In this document: in pieces, positions 23,322 through 37,334 of the stretch | Numbering within the stretch: the first letter of the stretch is position 1 | How the letters are laid out: each line of letters opens with the position of its first letter | The notes under the pieces: model-generated | What the model was told of the DNA's origin: nothing | The model's input: the letters and a program-made list of their open reading frames with translations, nothing else | The model's database searches: none | Translations under genes and position numbers: made by a program | NCBI GenBank assembly: GCA_964016885.1 | Contig: OZ024744.1 | Coordinates: 77,128,001-77,192,000 of the forward strand | Length of the DNA stretch: 64,000 nucleotides | Origin: Eledone cirrhosa | Taxonomy: Eukaryota | Direction of reading: 5' to 3'

Positions 23322-23445
23322 TATGTCTGCGCATCATTAGCCACGGCATGCCCAGCCCTCCGCGTAGAGGGTGCTGGCAGCAGATGGACCGCCTCACCAA
23401 CGCAACTTGTCCCCTCCACAAGAATTTGAAGAGGAGCCGTTCCAA
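23322..23445 (-). mobile_element. Inverted internal Tx1 ORF2 fragment
   Basis: Minus strand reads LERLLFKFLWRGQVALVRRSICCQHPLRGGLGMPWLMMRRH; followed by a T run to 23472. Confidence 0.85.
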
Positions 23446-23472
23446 TTTTTTTTTTTTTTTTTTTTTTTTTTT

Positions 23473-26400
23473 GGACGCACATGTTAGAAAACACACAAGT
23501 CTGCGAGGAAAAAGGTTCGTAACTTTAAGCAGTTTTAAAGTATCATTTTTTGTATTTTCTTGTCGTTAACGAAACATAAGGTACCCATCTTGGTTTCAGG
23601 GGGGGGGGGGATACCTCTCAATATTCGGGCTTTAAGCCCGAATATTCAGATTTATTTTTAAAAACTTCGAAAAAAAGCGCTTCCCCACCAAAAAGAAAAT
23701 ATGGAAATTTTCGACCTTGAAACGGAAAACAACGTTCAGGTCAAAAGTTTAAAAGCAGCCACTGCAGATTTCACCAGAACTACGACGGCTACAGACATGC
23801 CTGTCATCCACTCTACTGATGTGAAGGCAAAACTCAAAAGCTACCATCACAACCTTCTGTGTTAGCAGCAGTATCATCTGAAAACGACATCACCACAACC
23901 ACCGGCGCCACCGCCACCGCCACCACCGCCACTACCACCACCACCACAACAACAACAACAACAACTCAGAGCAATAACGACAATAACACCGACAGCTTCA
24001 ATGTAAACACGGATGGCGGTGGCAACAACAACAAACAAAACAACAACACCAATAACAACAGCAAGAACGACAACACCAACAAGAGCATCAGAGGCACCAC
24101 ATTTGCTGCTGCAGCAGCAAAAACAAAGCGCTTATTGGATATTGATATTAGCGATAAAGACGAACAGTTGGCCCAGGCGTGGAGGCTAATTAAACGGGAG
24201 AAGTCCTGGGCAAACCTGACCATCCCGGACGGGGCAATAGCGGCCATGCAAAGGAGGACGGTGTAATTTCGATGCATTTCGGTGCAGACACGAAAAGTGG
24301 AACTTGCCAGCCAAGCAGAGGTCGAGGCTGCTTCGGAGTACATCGGAAGTGACATAGAGTATAAAGCAAGAGCCAAACAGTTCGGTGCCATCTCGGTACT
24401 GTTCAAAACCGAGGCCCTTGCTATTTAGCACTCGGTGACCCCCTGCAGAACGGAACGCATTATCATGCACCCGTCCTACATGGGTAAAAGGACAGTAAAG
24501 GTCCGCATTCCCAGCATTCCACCAGGAATGAACATATCGTGGCTGCTGGGATGTGTAATCGAGGAGGGGACAGACACTTCCATCCTGGATATCAAAAGGA
24601 CAGAGAGAGAGGACTGGTCCGGAATGGATTTGGAGATTCTTCTTCAAATGAAACCGGAGGACATGAACAACATCCCGGATTTTGCCCGCCTGCAGGACGG
24701 GACAACAATCCAACTAATCATTAAGGGAAGAAATCCACACTGCTTCGTCTGCGGGGAAGCAACGTATCTGCAAGCCTTTTGCCCTCAGCGCAAAAATGCA
24801 GGGGGTCGCAAACCTCCTTTGTTCCCAACGCCAGTGTCAGCACGGAAAGCTGCACCACCACCACCAAAAACAACACCAACAAAGACAAGGACACCAACAT
24901 CAAAAAAAGCCGGACCACCACCAACACCGAAACCAATCCAAGGGGAAAACGAGGAAAGCTCTCCCCAATTATACACATAGACAAAACAATAAACGCACAC
25001 ACAGACACAGAGACACTCACAGCCAAAGACCCTTTGTCTTCCAGCAACGAAGATGAAGGAAAACCCAAAAGTGCAACAGAAAAACAGAGAAAACTCAACC
25101 AAAAAAAGCCCCAACAAAACACAAAAACATACACAACAAAAAAATACAGAAACCACTAACGCAAACACTTCCCCAATAACATCAGCACCACCAGCAACAT
25201 CGACACCACCCCCACAATCCCGAAACGCAAACAACCTAAACAAACACAAGTACAAATAAACACACAAATACCTGAAATTGCAGACACCACACTTATAACA
25301 AACACAGACATAGCCGAAACAACACCACCAAAACCATCACCACCACAGTCACCAAAACGAAAACAAATAAAACCACACCAACAAAATGTTAAAAATTTCG
25401 TGTTTGTCAGAAGGGCCAACGATAAACTGATGGCCCTCTTAGCACGAAGCGAGGACATTCAAACAGAGGGGGAGATTTTTGAAATGAGCACATTTTGCGT
25501 GCCAGAAGATTTGCTTCTGGTCCGAATATCACTCGATTCCTTCAAAGAAATTCGAGAGAGCTTTCCTCAAGTCGTGGGAACCCCGAATGTGAAACCCACA
25601 TCGAGACTTTTAAAGGGGTTCCCATAAGAAAACCCTCCAACTATGGAGGTCGAACCACCCGACCTTCACAGAGACCCCGGGAGGTAAGTAAACCTTCCCT
25701 CTCTCTTTTAGCTTGCAAACATGGCCATATTAAGAGTAGGAAGTTTAAATGTTCGCGGCCTGGGGTCACCCTGGAAGCAGGGTCGCCTTCTCAACGACCT
25801 CAGGTCGCTGGAAATGGATGTGATTGCCGTCAGCAAGACTAGAATTTCCGACACGCGCGCACTAGCCCCCATTTTCGACGACTATCAGATGTTCGCATCT
25901 GTTAACAGGCCGGAATTGGAGGTGGGGTGGAAGTGCTGTTTAGGAAAGGACTGGGTCTCGAGGTAAGGTCGATCTTCCGGGAGCCGGACGGTAAGTTGGT
26001 GGTCTTGGATGTGAGCAGTAGCGAAGGGGGTGCCTTTAGACTGCTGGCCGTCTACGCCCCTACAGGGCCCGGACGACCGGACTTCTTTAGGCGCCTGGAG
26101 ACCTTTCTGGGTACGTCTCCCCCTTTACTGTTAGGGACTGGAATGGCATCTTAGACGCACGCTGGGATTGTGTGGGAGTAGCGGATAGGAGCGGGGGGTG
26201 CAAAAGCCTCAAGCACCTACTCAGCCAGTTCCAAAGGTCTGACAGGTATGGACTAGATTTCCCCAATGTGCCAGTATGGACATGGACCAACCGAATGGGG
26301 TCATCTAGATCGTATATAGACAGGATCTTCATTAGGAAAATAGATAGAAATAGTGTAGACTGCCCAATTTTTAAAACGGTCGCCTATTCAGATCAAAAAT

Positions 26401-29042
26401 CTGTGATCTGTACGGTCGACCTAGATAAAACGCGTAGGCTAGGACTGCGTTACTGGAAGCTGAACATGCAATTTCCGGCACGTAAGGCTTACAGGGACCG
26501 AGTCAACAATTTAGTTAAGCAAAATTTGACAGGGGGACCATCAACAACAGATGGTGGGGGGGGCTCTCAAAAGAGAGATTAGAGTAACTTCGATAGAGTT
26601 CAGCAAAGAACTAGCGTTAGAGAAAAATAGAAAGGAGGGGGAGCTGGTAGATAAGTTAGACGAGGCTATTTGTAGTGGCATTGCAACTGACGTGCTAGCG
26701 GCGAGAATGGCATTAGACCATTTCTTCAATGCGAAACACGAAGGTTGCATTGTCAGAGCTAAGGCGCGTGCACTGAGAAACGAGAGAACCAAAGCTGTTC
26801 GATGGGCCCGCGTGGCGGAGGCGCAGCGTGGTAATAAAACCACAATTCGGTCTTTGGCGGACCGAGACGGACACGAGATAAGCGATTGCAAGCGGATGTG
26901 TGAGGCCTTTCGCCAGCACTTTGCTCGGTTGTTCGGGGAGAGTGGCGAGTCAGAGAGAGTAGCGGATTTCAGTCCCTACCTTGAGGGCTTGCTGCGCATC
27001 TTACGGTCTACGGTGAGCGCTGCGAAAGGCCGATTACTTCAGCCAAAATTCAGGACGCCCTTGTCGGCTGCATGAGGCGCAAGTCACCCGGTTTGGATGA
27101 CCTGCCCTACGAGCTTTACGTAAATATGCCAGACTTGTTCTCCGATCTCCTCGAAGCACTCTACTGCAACTGGCAGCAGAATGGGAGTATTCCTAGTTCT
27201 GTGAGCAGGGGAGTGGTGACGCTGATAAGGAAAGACGAGAACAAGAGGGATACATTAGACAACTTCAGGCCCATAACTCTGCTCAACACAGAGTTTAAGA
27301 TTTTGGCCAAGGTGTTAGCAAAGAGATTGGCGCTTGTCGTCGAGGATTTGGTTGGGGAGGCGCAAACTTGCGCAATCCCAGCCAGGTCCATACACGACAA
27401 TCTCCACCTCATGCGATACATCATAGAGAGGGTAGGGTATAAACCTGGCTTCGGTGGGGCACTAATCAACTTAGATCAATCGAAAGCATTCGATAGTGTC
27501 GACCATCGGTATCTGGAGTTTGTCCTCAAAGCAGCTGGCTTCGGCTTTGTCTTCAGAAGCTGCATCGCTGCAATGCACAGCGGCACACGCTCGGTGGTCA
27601 AGGTTAATGGCCACCTGTCGAAACCATTTCGGCTCTCCCGATCGGTCCGTCAAGGGTGCCTTCTCTCTTCCCTTCTGTACGTATTGACTCTAGAGCCTTT
27701 ACTGCGGAAGCTGGAGCTGTTGCAGGGCATCCCGCTCGAACCGGAACGTGGAAAGGCGGTGTCGGCTTATGCGGACGACATCACCGTGATGTTGTCGAAC
27801 ACCTCAGAAATCGAGGTGGTCGGCACCTAATTGAAGGAATATGAAAGGTTGACAGGAGCCAAACTTAACCCGGAAAAGTCGGTGAACTTGCAGCTCGGAA
27901 GCTGGAGAGGCAAGCCCATGCCGTCCAACAGCGTCGTGGGGCGCTGGACGGACGGACCGGTAAAGTTGCTCGGGGTTTGGTTCGGACCAGACCTCCAGGT
28001 GGAAAAGAATTGGGACGAGGTAACGAGCAAAGTAGCCAGTCTCACACAAAATGGACTGGGAGGAAGCTATCACTGAAAGGTCGCGCGGAGGTGGCGAATG
28101 CGTACATCACGTCCGTCATCTACTACCGCCTGACCGTCGTGCCTTGCCCCCATCCGCACCTCGTCAAGTTGGAACGGCTCCTCTTCAAATTCTTGTGGAG
28201 GGAACAAGTTCCGTTGGTGAGGCAGTCCATCTGCTGCCAACACCCTCTATGCGGAGGGCTGGGCATGTCGTGGCTAATGTTGCGCAGACATGCGCGTTGA
28301 GGCTGCGACATCTCCAGATATTCTGCCTAAACGGTGAACAGGTGTGGTCGCCGTTTATCAGACGGGCCTTTCTGCAGCTCATCTCTTTGACTGAGCTGCA
28401 GTCCTGGGTCAAGAAGAGACCGAGACTGGGTGACTGGCACCTGGAATGTTGCCAGACACTCACTGCCCTCTACCAAGCGGGCAATGCGATCAGTGGAACT
28501 TCCACTCTCGAGTTCTATAGAGGATTAGTGGTGGGCAAGTGCGATGACGCACTCGGAGAAGCTTTGGGCCTCGACGAAGTCGAACTGACCAGTCTGTGCC
28601 GGAGGACTTTCGAGCTGGGGACGATGGACAATTTCCAGAAATCCCTCGCTTGGCAGTGCTACCGGGGGGCACTGCCGGTTCGGGATAAACTCTACAGGCA
28701 CGGAAGTGCTGTCAGACAGACCTGCCCAAGATGCGCACAGAGCGACGAAACCGTTCTGCACGCACTTGTCCAATGTCCGTGCATTACTGACTTGTGGAGT
28801 TATGTCGAACAGCTACTGTCGCGTGTGGAACAAATCCGGCTATCGGCCGAGTCCATAGTGAAGATCGACCCGCCGTCTTCCTTTGGCCAGGAATAGCAGG
28901 CAATTTTCCTCTGTCTGGTGGCAGTTGCGAAAGAGGTTGTATGGTGGACCAGATTGAAAGGACTGAAGACAGACACTTTTCTCTTCGGCCAATCCCTCAT
29001 CAACTTCTTCAAGTTTCACTTGGAAAGGAAGGTGAGGGTGGA
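23473..29042 (+). mobile_element. Tx1 family C copy, 5'-complete, 3' end lost, decayed
   Basis: ORF1 from ATG 23701 (CFVCGEATYLQAFC) to TAA 25687; ORF2 from 25721 (MAILRVGSLNVRGL, RQGC, YADD) with many frameshifts; stops at RKVRV. Confidence 0.9.
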
Positions 29043-29043
29043 C

Positions 29044-32000
29044 ATAAATTGCCATTTATGGAAAATTGTTATTGTTAACTGTATATAAGTGCACATACAT
29101 TGTTTTCTGAAAAGGACACTCAAAAAGATTGGGGCCTTGAGCCCAAAATTAAAACTGTTATAATTATCGAAAAAAAAAAAATTTCTTTGAAAAATCATGG
29201 CCGACTCACAGCTGAACCCGGTAGCTGAGAGCCTTCCTCACAAACTAACACCTCACACCGACACCACCATTGTAAATATTACTACGTTTGCCAACACTAA
29301 AAATACAAGCAGTAGCAATATTTTAAATTTGTCTCAGGCAGACATTCATTTCCCGCCATTACCAATGACTGCAGGTGTTGAAGCCGCCACCCCCACCACC
29401 ACCACAGCGACAACAGAAACAAAAGAAAAAATAAATTATCTCGTGATATCGAAACGAATTCAGCCAAAATGAACTCTTCCACACCGAACACCACTGACGT
29501 CACCACCACTACAACTGAAACTAAAATTAACGATAACAAAAATAACGATAACAACAACAGCAACAATGAGAATAAGAAAACCCTGTCTTTTGCCAGAGTA
29601 GCAAAAAAGTGCGAAGCATTCCAGGTAACTCAGGAGGAATTAGAAGAAGCCAAAAAAATGGTAAAGAAAGATGGGTACAGGGTCACCCCCCCCCCCCCCC
29701 CACACACACACACACACCTAATAAAATGGAGCATCGACGCCTATGCACCGTGTCTTATCGGACGATTAACATAAAATCGCGCCGTGTGGAACGGGCATCC
29801 GAGTCCCAAATCCAAAAAGTTTTAGGACTTGTGTGGGCAAAAAAAACCCACATCAGACGTGGGCAGAAATATGGAACCGTGGACGTGTTCTTTGAAACAC
29901 CACAGGAGGCCAGAGAACACTCCATGGCCCCATTAAGAAGTGACGACTTCACACTCGTCCCAAGCTATTGTGGCCAGAGACTCGTGAAGATCAGGGTGAC
30001 CCACGTTCCACCGGCCATCAAAATTCCCTGGCTAATGGCTGCCGTCCTCGCCGGCATCGAAGCCAACGCCAAGATAATCGAAATAGCGAAAGAAAAGCAG
30101 GAGAACTGGTCCGGATCTGGGATGGAGCTCCTAATCCAAGCGGACCAAAAAAGCATTGAGGAGATCCCAGAGGTAATAGACCTCACTGACGGCAGCTACC
30201 TCACCGTAATCGTTGAGGGTAGAAGGCGTAGGTGTGTCGTTTGTGGTGAAGGAACCCACCTAAGGGCTTTCTGCCCTCAGGCTAAAAGGTTGAGGCCACC
30301 TCTCTTACCCACTCCAGTGACTCAACCATCAACACCACCAGCAGCAGGAATGGCAGCAACAACTGTAGCAGCAACAACAGAAGCAACTGTAACAGCAACA
30401 ACCCCAGCAACAGTAGCAAAACCAACACCACCACCACCCAACGCGCCAGAACTAGCACCAGCGCCTACACCATCCACCACGCCACAACTAAAACCAACGC
30501 CTGTGGAGGATTTTCCACTCTCCGACCTATCGCAACTGAAGACAGATTGTGACGACGTGGAGTGGGAAACGGTATCAGAAAGAAAAGAAAAAAGGTAAAA
30601 GAAACCAAAAAAGAAAAAATCCCCTTCCTTCCCCCTCCAAAAACAAAATACAGAGGGAAACAAATAAACTATCAAACAAAAACGTTAGGACAGCTATGCC
30701 ACCATCCACACCAGCATCACCAACCCCATCACCACAAACACCAACATCATCACCATCATTAACCCCAACACCACCATCACCAACACCACATAAGTCACCA
30801 AAAAGGGAAACAGAAACAAACCCACCACAAACGCAAACAAAACAAAACAACCAAAACGATACACACTACACAGCATTAAATTTGAACAACCAATTATTAC
30901 ACTACATCCAACACAACACCAGCATCACAGAAAAAGACTACACAACAACCCAAAAGTTCACACCACCCCCACACATACAAATCACTCGCATCACACAGAA
31001 AACGTACACGACACTAAAACAAAAATTCCCCAAAGACATCGGAGACTTCCGACAAGCACTCTCCAGCAGGATTTATAAGGACATCCTTCCGGAGGAGGCC
31101 AGAAGCAGTGAAAAGGATGGAGAAACCATCCTTCCTCTACGAGAAGTAAGGTAAGTGGTCTTACCCATCTTTTCCACTCCATTTCAACATGACCTCACTC
31201 AGAATAGGCAGCATAAATGTGCGTGGCTTGGGGTCGTCATGGAAGCAGGGCCACCTGCTCAACGACCTCAGGTCACTAAACATAGATGTAGTGGCCATCA
31301 GCGAGACCAGAATCTCCGAAGCACGGTCCTTCGCACCGATCTTCAGCGGCTACGATGTGTACGCATCTCCCAGCCGTCCTGGATCGGGGGGAGGAGTTGC
31401 TGTGCTTTTTCGGAGTGGTTTGGATCTCGCCTTACGGGTCATCTTCCTGGACCCAGAGGGTAAGTTGGTGGTGCTGGACGTGACCAGCGGAGACGGGCAA
31501 GCTTTCAGGCTAGTGGCCGTCTATGCCCCGACAGGAGCAGAGCGACCTGATTTCTTCCGGCGTCTGGAGACCTTTCTTGGAACGTCCCGCTCTTTAGTGA
31601 CAGTGGGCAACTGGAACGGGATCTTAGATGCACGCTGGAACTGTGTGGGATTAGCGGATAGGGGAGGAGGGTGCAAGAGCTTCACCAACCTGCTCAGGCG
31701 TTTTGAACTGTCTGACAGGTACCGATTGGATTTCCCGAATGTGCCAATGTGGACTTGGACAAATCGCATAGGGTCATCCAGATCATATCTAGATAGAGTA
31801 TTTTGTAGGGAAATAGATAGGTCTAGCATAGGCTGTCCACAATTCAAGATAGTCAGCTACACGGACCACAAATTCGTGATCTGTGTGCTTGTCTTAGATA
31901 GGCTTCATAGACGAGGACCCGGCTACTGGAAGCTAAACGCATCCTTACTAGCGCGCAAGGCCTACAGAGACCGGATTAGCGAACTAGTTAAGCGGGCGTT

Positions 32001-34491
32001 GACGGGGGCCATCGTCAACAACAAGTGGTGGTTTGCTCTGAAAAGAGCGATTAGAATAGAGTCCATTAGGTTTAGTAAGGCTTTAGCAAGAGAGAAAAAT
32101 AGAACAGAGGGAGAACTAGTTAGAAAATTAGACGAGGCGCTTAGTAAAGGCATCGCGACCGATGTACTTGCGGCGAAATTGGCCCTTGACCAATTATTCA
32201 ATGCAAAGCACGAAGGCTGCGTTTTCAGAGGTAGGGTGTGTGATCTCAGACACGAGGGGAAGAAAGCCGTTCAATGGGCCCGACTGGCGGAGGCGCGTCG
32301 TGGCAACAAAGCCATGATCCGGTCTTTGGTGGACCACGACGGGCGCATGCTACTCGATCCCGGGAAAATGTGTAAAGTTTTTCAGCGACACTTCGCACAG
32401 CTGTTCGGGGGCAGTGGCGGGCCGGATCGAGGGATGGACTTTAGTGTCTACCTTGACGGACTGCCGCGGCTCTCGGCCACTGAGGCGGAGTGTTGCGAAA
32501 AACCGATAACAGCCGCTGAAGTACGGGAGGCAATGACTGGCTGCACAAGGGGTAAATCGCCTGGTTTGGATGGTCTGCCCTATGAACTTTACGTACAGAT
32601 GCCAGACTTGTTCGGAGGCCTCTTGGCGACGACTACTGCAACTGGCAACAGAACGGGAGAATTGCTAGCTCTGTGAGCCGAGGAGCTGTGGCGCTGCTAA
32701 GAAAGGATCCGAACAAGTGGGATAACATAGATAATTTTAGGACCATAACTCTGCTAAACACAGAGTTCAAGATTTTGGCCAAGGTGCTAGCAAAGAGGTT
32801 GGCGCTTGTCGTTGGTGGTCTGGTGGGAGAGGCGCAGACATGCGCCATTCCCGACAGATCCATCCACGACAACCTCCACCTCATGCGATACATCGTAGAG
32901 GGGGTAGCTAGGGAACCTGGCACGGGTGGGTCCTTGATCAATTTAGATCAGTCGAAAGCTTTCGATAGGGTCGACCATCGTTACCTAGCGGCAGTCCTGA
33001 GGGCAGCTGGCTTTGGGCCCGTCTTCAGAGGCTGGATCGCTGCTGTGTCAGCATATGCGGGCTATGTCACCGTAGTGGTGTCGAACGCCAAACACATCGA
33101 GGCGATCGGCACTACATTAAGAGAATACGAAGCGGTGACAGGAGCAATGATCAACCAGGAAAAGTCAGTGGGCCTGCAACTCGGCACCTGGAGAGGCAGG
33201 TCCATGCCATCCAACAGCGTCGTCGGGCGCTGAACGGACGGACCGGTTATATTGCTAGGGGTCTGGTTCGGTCCGGACCTCCAGACGGACAAAAGCTGAG
33301 ACGAGGTGACAAGCAGGGTGGCTTCTCTGACCCAGAAATGGGCGGAGAGAGAGCTATCCCTGAAAAGTCGAGCGGATGTGGCTAACGCGTACATCGCGTC
33401 CGTCATCTACTACCGCCTGACCGTCGTACCTTGTCCTAAGCCCCGCCTGGCTGCGCTGGAGCGTTTGCTCTTTCGCTTTTTGTGGAAGGGACGCGCTGCG
33501 ATGGTCAGGTGGTCCATCTGCTGTCAACACCCGCTACGTGGAGGGCTGGGCATACAGTGGCTGATGATGCGCAGACACGCGCTCAGGCTACAACATCACC
33601 TCTTCCTCGACGGTGCTCAGGTGTGGTCGCCGTTTGCTAGACGCGTCTTTCCCCAGCTCGTCTCCCTGACGGAGCTGCAGACCTGGGTCAAGCGAAGACC
33701 GAGAGGGAGCGCTTGGAGACTGGACTATCTTCAGGCGCTCACAGCCCTCGACCAATCGGGCAATGTGATCGGTGGAAACTCCACCTTGGCGTTCTATAGA
33801 GGATTAGTGGAGGGGAAGAGCGACGACGTACTTGGGGAAACTCTAGGCGTCGACGAAAATCAACTAGCCAATCTCTTCGCAAGAACTTTCGGGCCGGGGC
33901 CTATGGACAACTTCCAGAAATCCCTGACCTGGCAGTGCTACCGAGCATTGCTGACTTGTGGGTTTATGTCGAACACCTGCTGCCACGTGTTGGACGGATC
34001 CAGCTATCAGCTGAGTCCATCGTGAGGACTGCCCCGCCCTCTTCCTTTAGCTGGGAAGGGAAGGCAGTTTTTATCTGCCTGGTGGCCATGGCGAAAGAGA
34101 TAGTATGGTGGACACGTTTGAAAGGGCTGAAGACGAGCACTTACCTCTTCGGTGATGCCATGATTAACTTTTTCAAATTTCATTTGAAAAGGAAAATCAG
34201 GGTAGAGAGGGAAGTGCTCTCTTCCCAGCATTTTGTTGAAAGATGGGTGAGAGAGGCAAGAATGGCCCGAGTGAATGGGCCTACTCTGAGTATGTGTCTG
34301 TAAATTAAAGGTGGAAAACTGGGAGATGGCACTTGCCCTGGTGGTCAGGGTCACTGTAGCTTTTTAATGGGCTTTCTCCACGAATGTCCCTCGGAAGTCT
34401 CCCCCTTATTGGGGAATTTTTTCATTGTTCTATTATTACATCCTCTGTTTTTTTTTTGTTTTTTTACACGCAGAAATGCCCTTTTGTACCG
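29044..34491 (+). mobile_element. Tx1 family D copy D1, decayed, with internal deletions
   Basis: ORF1 29197-31154 (CVVCGEGTHLRAFC); ORF2 31189-34303 lacks the QGCPLS region (~33043) and the Cys motif (~33945) relative to D2; both ends clipped. Confidence 0.92.
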
Positions 34492-34492
34492 T

Positions 34493-34589
34493 GGCCAGCA
34501 ATTACCCAGTGTAGTACCAGTAATACACTGGATAATTGCTGGCCTTGTGTCTAACGTAGAAACAATTATTATTATTATTATTATTATTA
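34493..34589 (+). mobile_element. SINE 3' fragment with a small inverted duplication and (ATT)n tail
   Basis: GGCCAGCAATTACCCAGTGTA...TACACTGGATAATTGCTGGCC, then GTAGAAACA(ATT)n. Confidence 0.75.
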
Positions 34590-37103
34590 CAGTTGCATTT
34601 ATCTTGCTTTATGTTCATACGAGTTATCACCAAGTCACAACCAGTGACCTCAAGAGACAACAAGGTCCGCCATGTTCAAGAAAGAACATACATATTCACA
34701 CATGCATCTTTAGTGTTTAGACTTGTGATGTACTTATATTGACAGAATCTTCCTTAGTATATGGGCAGTTCCCATTAGTACTATCTTTTTGTATTTCTCC
34801 TATACGCGGGTTTCCTGGGATTTGCGATAAGTAGTCATTAGACCCCTTAGGTATCATTCCCAGAGCGCCTACAACCACTGGTATTGTTTTAGTTCTCAAT
34901 TTCCACATTTTTCCAATTTCTATCTCCAGGTCCTTATACTTGCTCAATTTTTCAAATGTTTTTATAGATACATTCTTGTCTATTGGAACAGACATATCAA
35001 TTAGCAGGCATACTCTCTTTTGAAAGTCCTTCAATATTATATCAGGTCTATTTGCATCTATTTTTCGGTCTGTTTGGATGCTAAAGTTCCACAAGATTGA
35101 GATGTGATCTTTTTCAAGTATGGGAGGTGGTTGATGCTCCCACCAATTCTTTTGATGGGCAGGTCAAAATGCTTACACATTATCCAATGTATGTATTGTG
35201 CAGCTCTGTCATGCCTGTTTAGGTATTCGGTTGGACCTATAGGACTGCACATTGAAATTATATGGTCAATGGTCTCTGGTTGTTTTTTGCATACACGGCA
35301 TAATGGGCTGCACCCATTTTTTATTATGTTGGCTTGGTAATTTTTTGTTGGCAGACACTGATGTTGTGCCGATATAATCAGTCCTTCAGTCTCCGATTTC
35401 AGTCCAGAAGATGCCAACCACTGATGGGTTAAAGTTTTGTCAACATCAGGATTGTTAGCTCGCTCTGGGTATTTTCCATACAGAGGCTTTTCTTGCCATT
35501 TCTTAGCCAGTTTCTGTAGCAGTTCTTTCTTTGCAGTTACTTTTACCTGCTTTGCTTTTTCTGTGTTTTCCATTTCAGCAGTAAATAGTAAATGGGACTT
35601 CTGAAATTTGTAGTCCATTACTGTATCTTTGTGCATCTTTTGTAATGGAATATGATCTTTTGATGCTTTCGTGTTTCAAAACGAGTTTGATCATCCAATC
35701 ATGTGATTCCCTTAGATATGTAGATAATCCAATTGTTGCAGTTTTCAACGCAATGTCTAACTGGATTAACCCACGTCCTCCTTCTTTCCTAGGGAGATAT
35801 ATTCTATCTATATCTGCCTTAGGGTGATGCATTCTGTGCATGGTTAAGAATTTTTGTATCGAGCCTACGGATCTCTGTGCTTGACCAGTTGATGACATTG
35901 TAACTGTAGGTTACTACTGGTATGGCAAGCGTGTTTATGGCATCGATCCTATTCCTTGCATTCAATTCCGTTCTTAAGATTGCTCTTACTCTGCGGTAAC
36001 ATTCCTTCCTTATCCTTTCCCTCATTGTCGAGTGCTTGATTCCGTCTCCTTTACAAACACCTAGATATTTGTAAGTTTTTTCTTGATCAAGTTCTCTTAT
36101 CACGTTCCTCCGATCAAGATTAATGTCTGAACTCTTCAGCAGCTTTCCTCTGGTGAACGTTGCTTTGGTGCATTTATCTAGTCCAAACTCCATTTTAATG
36201 TCATCACTGAACTGCTTCACAGTGGATAATAGCCCTTGCAATTGTTCATCATTTTTTGCAAATAGTTTCAGGTCATCCATGTAGAACAGGTGATTAATGG
36301 TTTTGTCATAGACTTTATATCCATGTTTTGTTTCATTGAGCATTTTACTTAATGGTATAAGTGCGATGCAGAATAAAAGCGGTGATAAAGAGTCACCCTG
36401 AAAAATTCCACAATTAATATTAACTTCTCCAGCTTCCAGTGATTTTGTTTCACTATTCAAAAGGAGTGTCGTTTTCCATGTCTTCATACTGAATGACAAA
36501 AACCTCCTGACAACGGGGGATATTTTGAAAATCTCTAAACATTTTTCAATCCAACTGTGTGGCAAACTATCGAATGCTTTTTTATAATCTATCCAAGCAA
36601 TCGATAGATTTTTGTGTCTATTATGACAATCTTCCAGTATCATTTTGTTAACCAGAAGCTGATCCTTACAGCAATATGAGCCTCGTTTACACCCTTTCTG
36701 CTCAATGGGAAATAGGTCATTTGTTATCAGGTGGTCATATGTGTATTCAGTTAGGACTGATGTTAAAATGTTATACATTGTGGTCAAGCAAGTTATCGGT
36801 CTGTAATTTTTGGGATTGTTTGTCTCATCATTCTTCGGAAGCAGGAATGTAATGCCGTTAACTAGCCATGATGGTATCTTTTCTGGCTCCTTAACTATTT
36901 CATTGTAAAGTTGGGCTAACAGCTCATGAGACTCTGTGAAGGCATTTATCCAAAAGTTTTGTATTTTGTCTTTTCCTGGGGATTTCCATTTGCTGGTTTT
37001 TCTTAGAGCCAAGCGCAACTGTTCAACTGTTATATTTTCCCATGTTTGTTCCTCAAGGTGAGCTGTATCTTTCATTTGTCTGTCTATCCATGGGGCATGT
37101 ATG
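34590..37103 (-). mobile_element. 5'-truncated R4/Dong-clade retrotransposon (RT + restriction-like endonuclease) in (TAA)n
   Basis: IDYKKAFDS, GIFQGDSLS, YMDD, FGLDKC, CRVC...HIISMC, RHD, NRPDII...LIDMSVP, KLSKY; frameshifted; (TAA)n on both sides. Confidence 0.9.
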
Positions 37104-37334
37104 TTATTATTATTATTATTATTATTGGCGACCTACGTAGTAAATCGTATCATCGTGAGCTCCGCAAAGGTTTGTTATTTCCGTTTGTTAAAAATTGTCA
37201 TTTATGGAAAATTTTATTGTTAACTGTTTATAAGCGCACATACATTGTTTTCCGAAAAGGACACCCAAAAAGATTGGGGCCTTGTGCCCAAAATTTAAAC
37301 TTTTATTATTATCAAAAAATTTCTTTGAAAAAAA

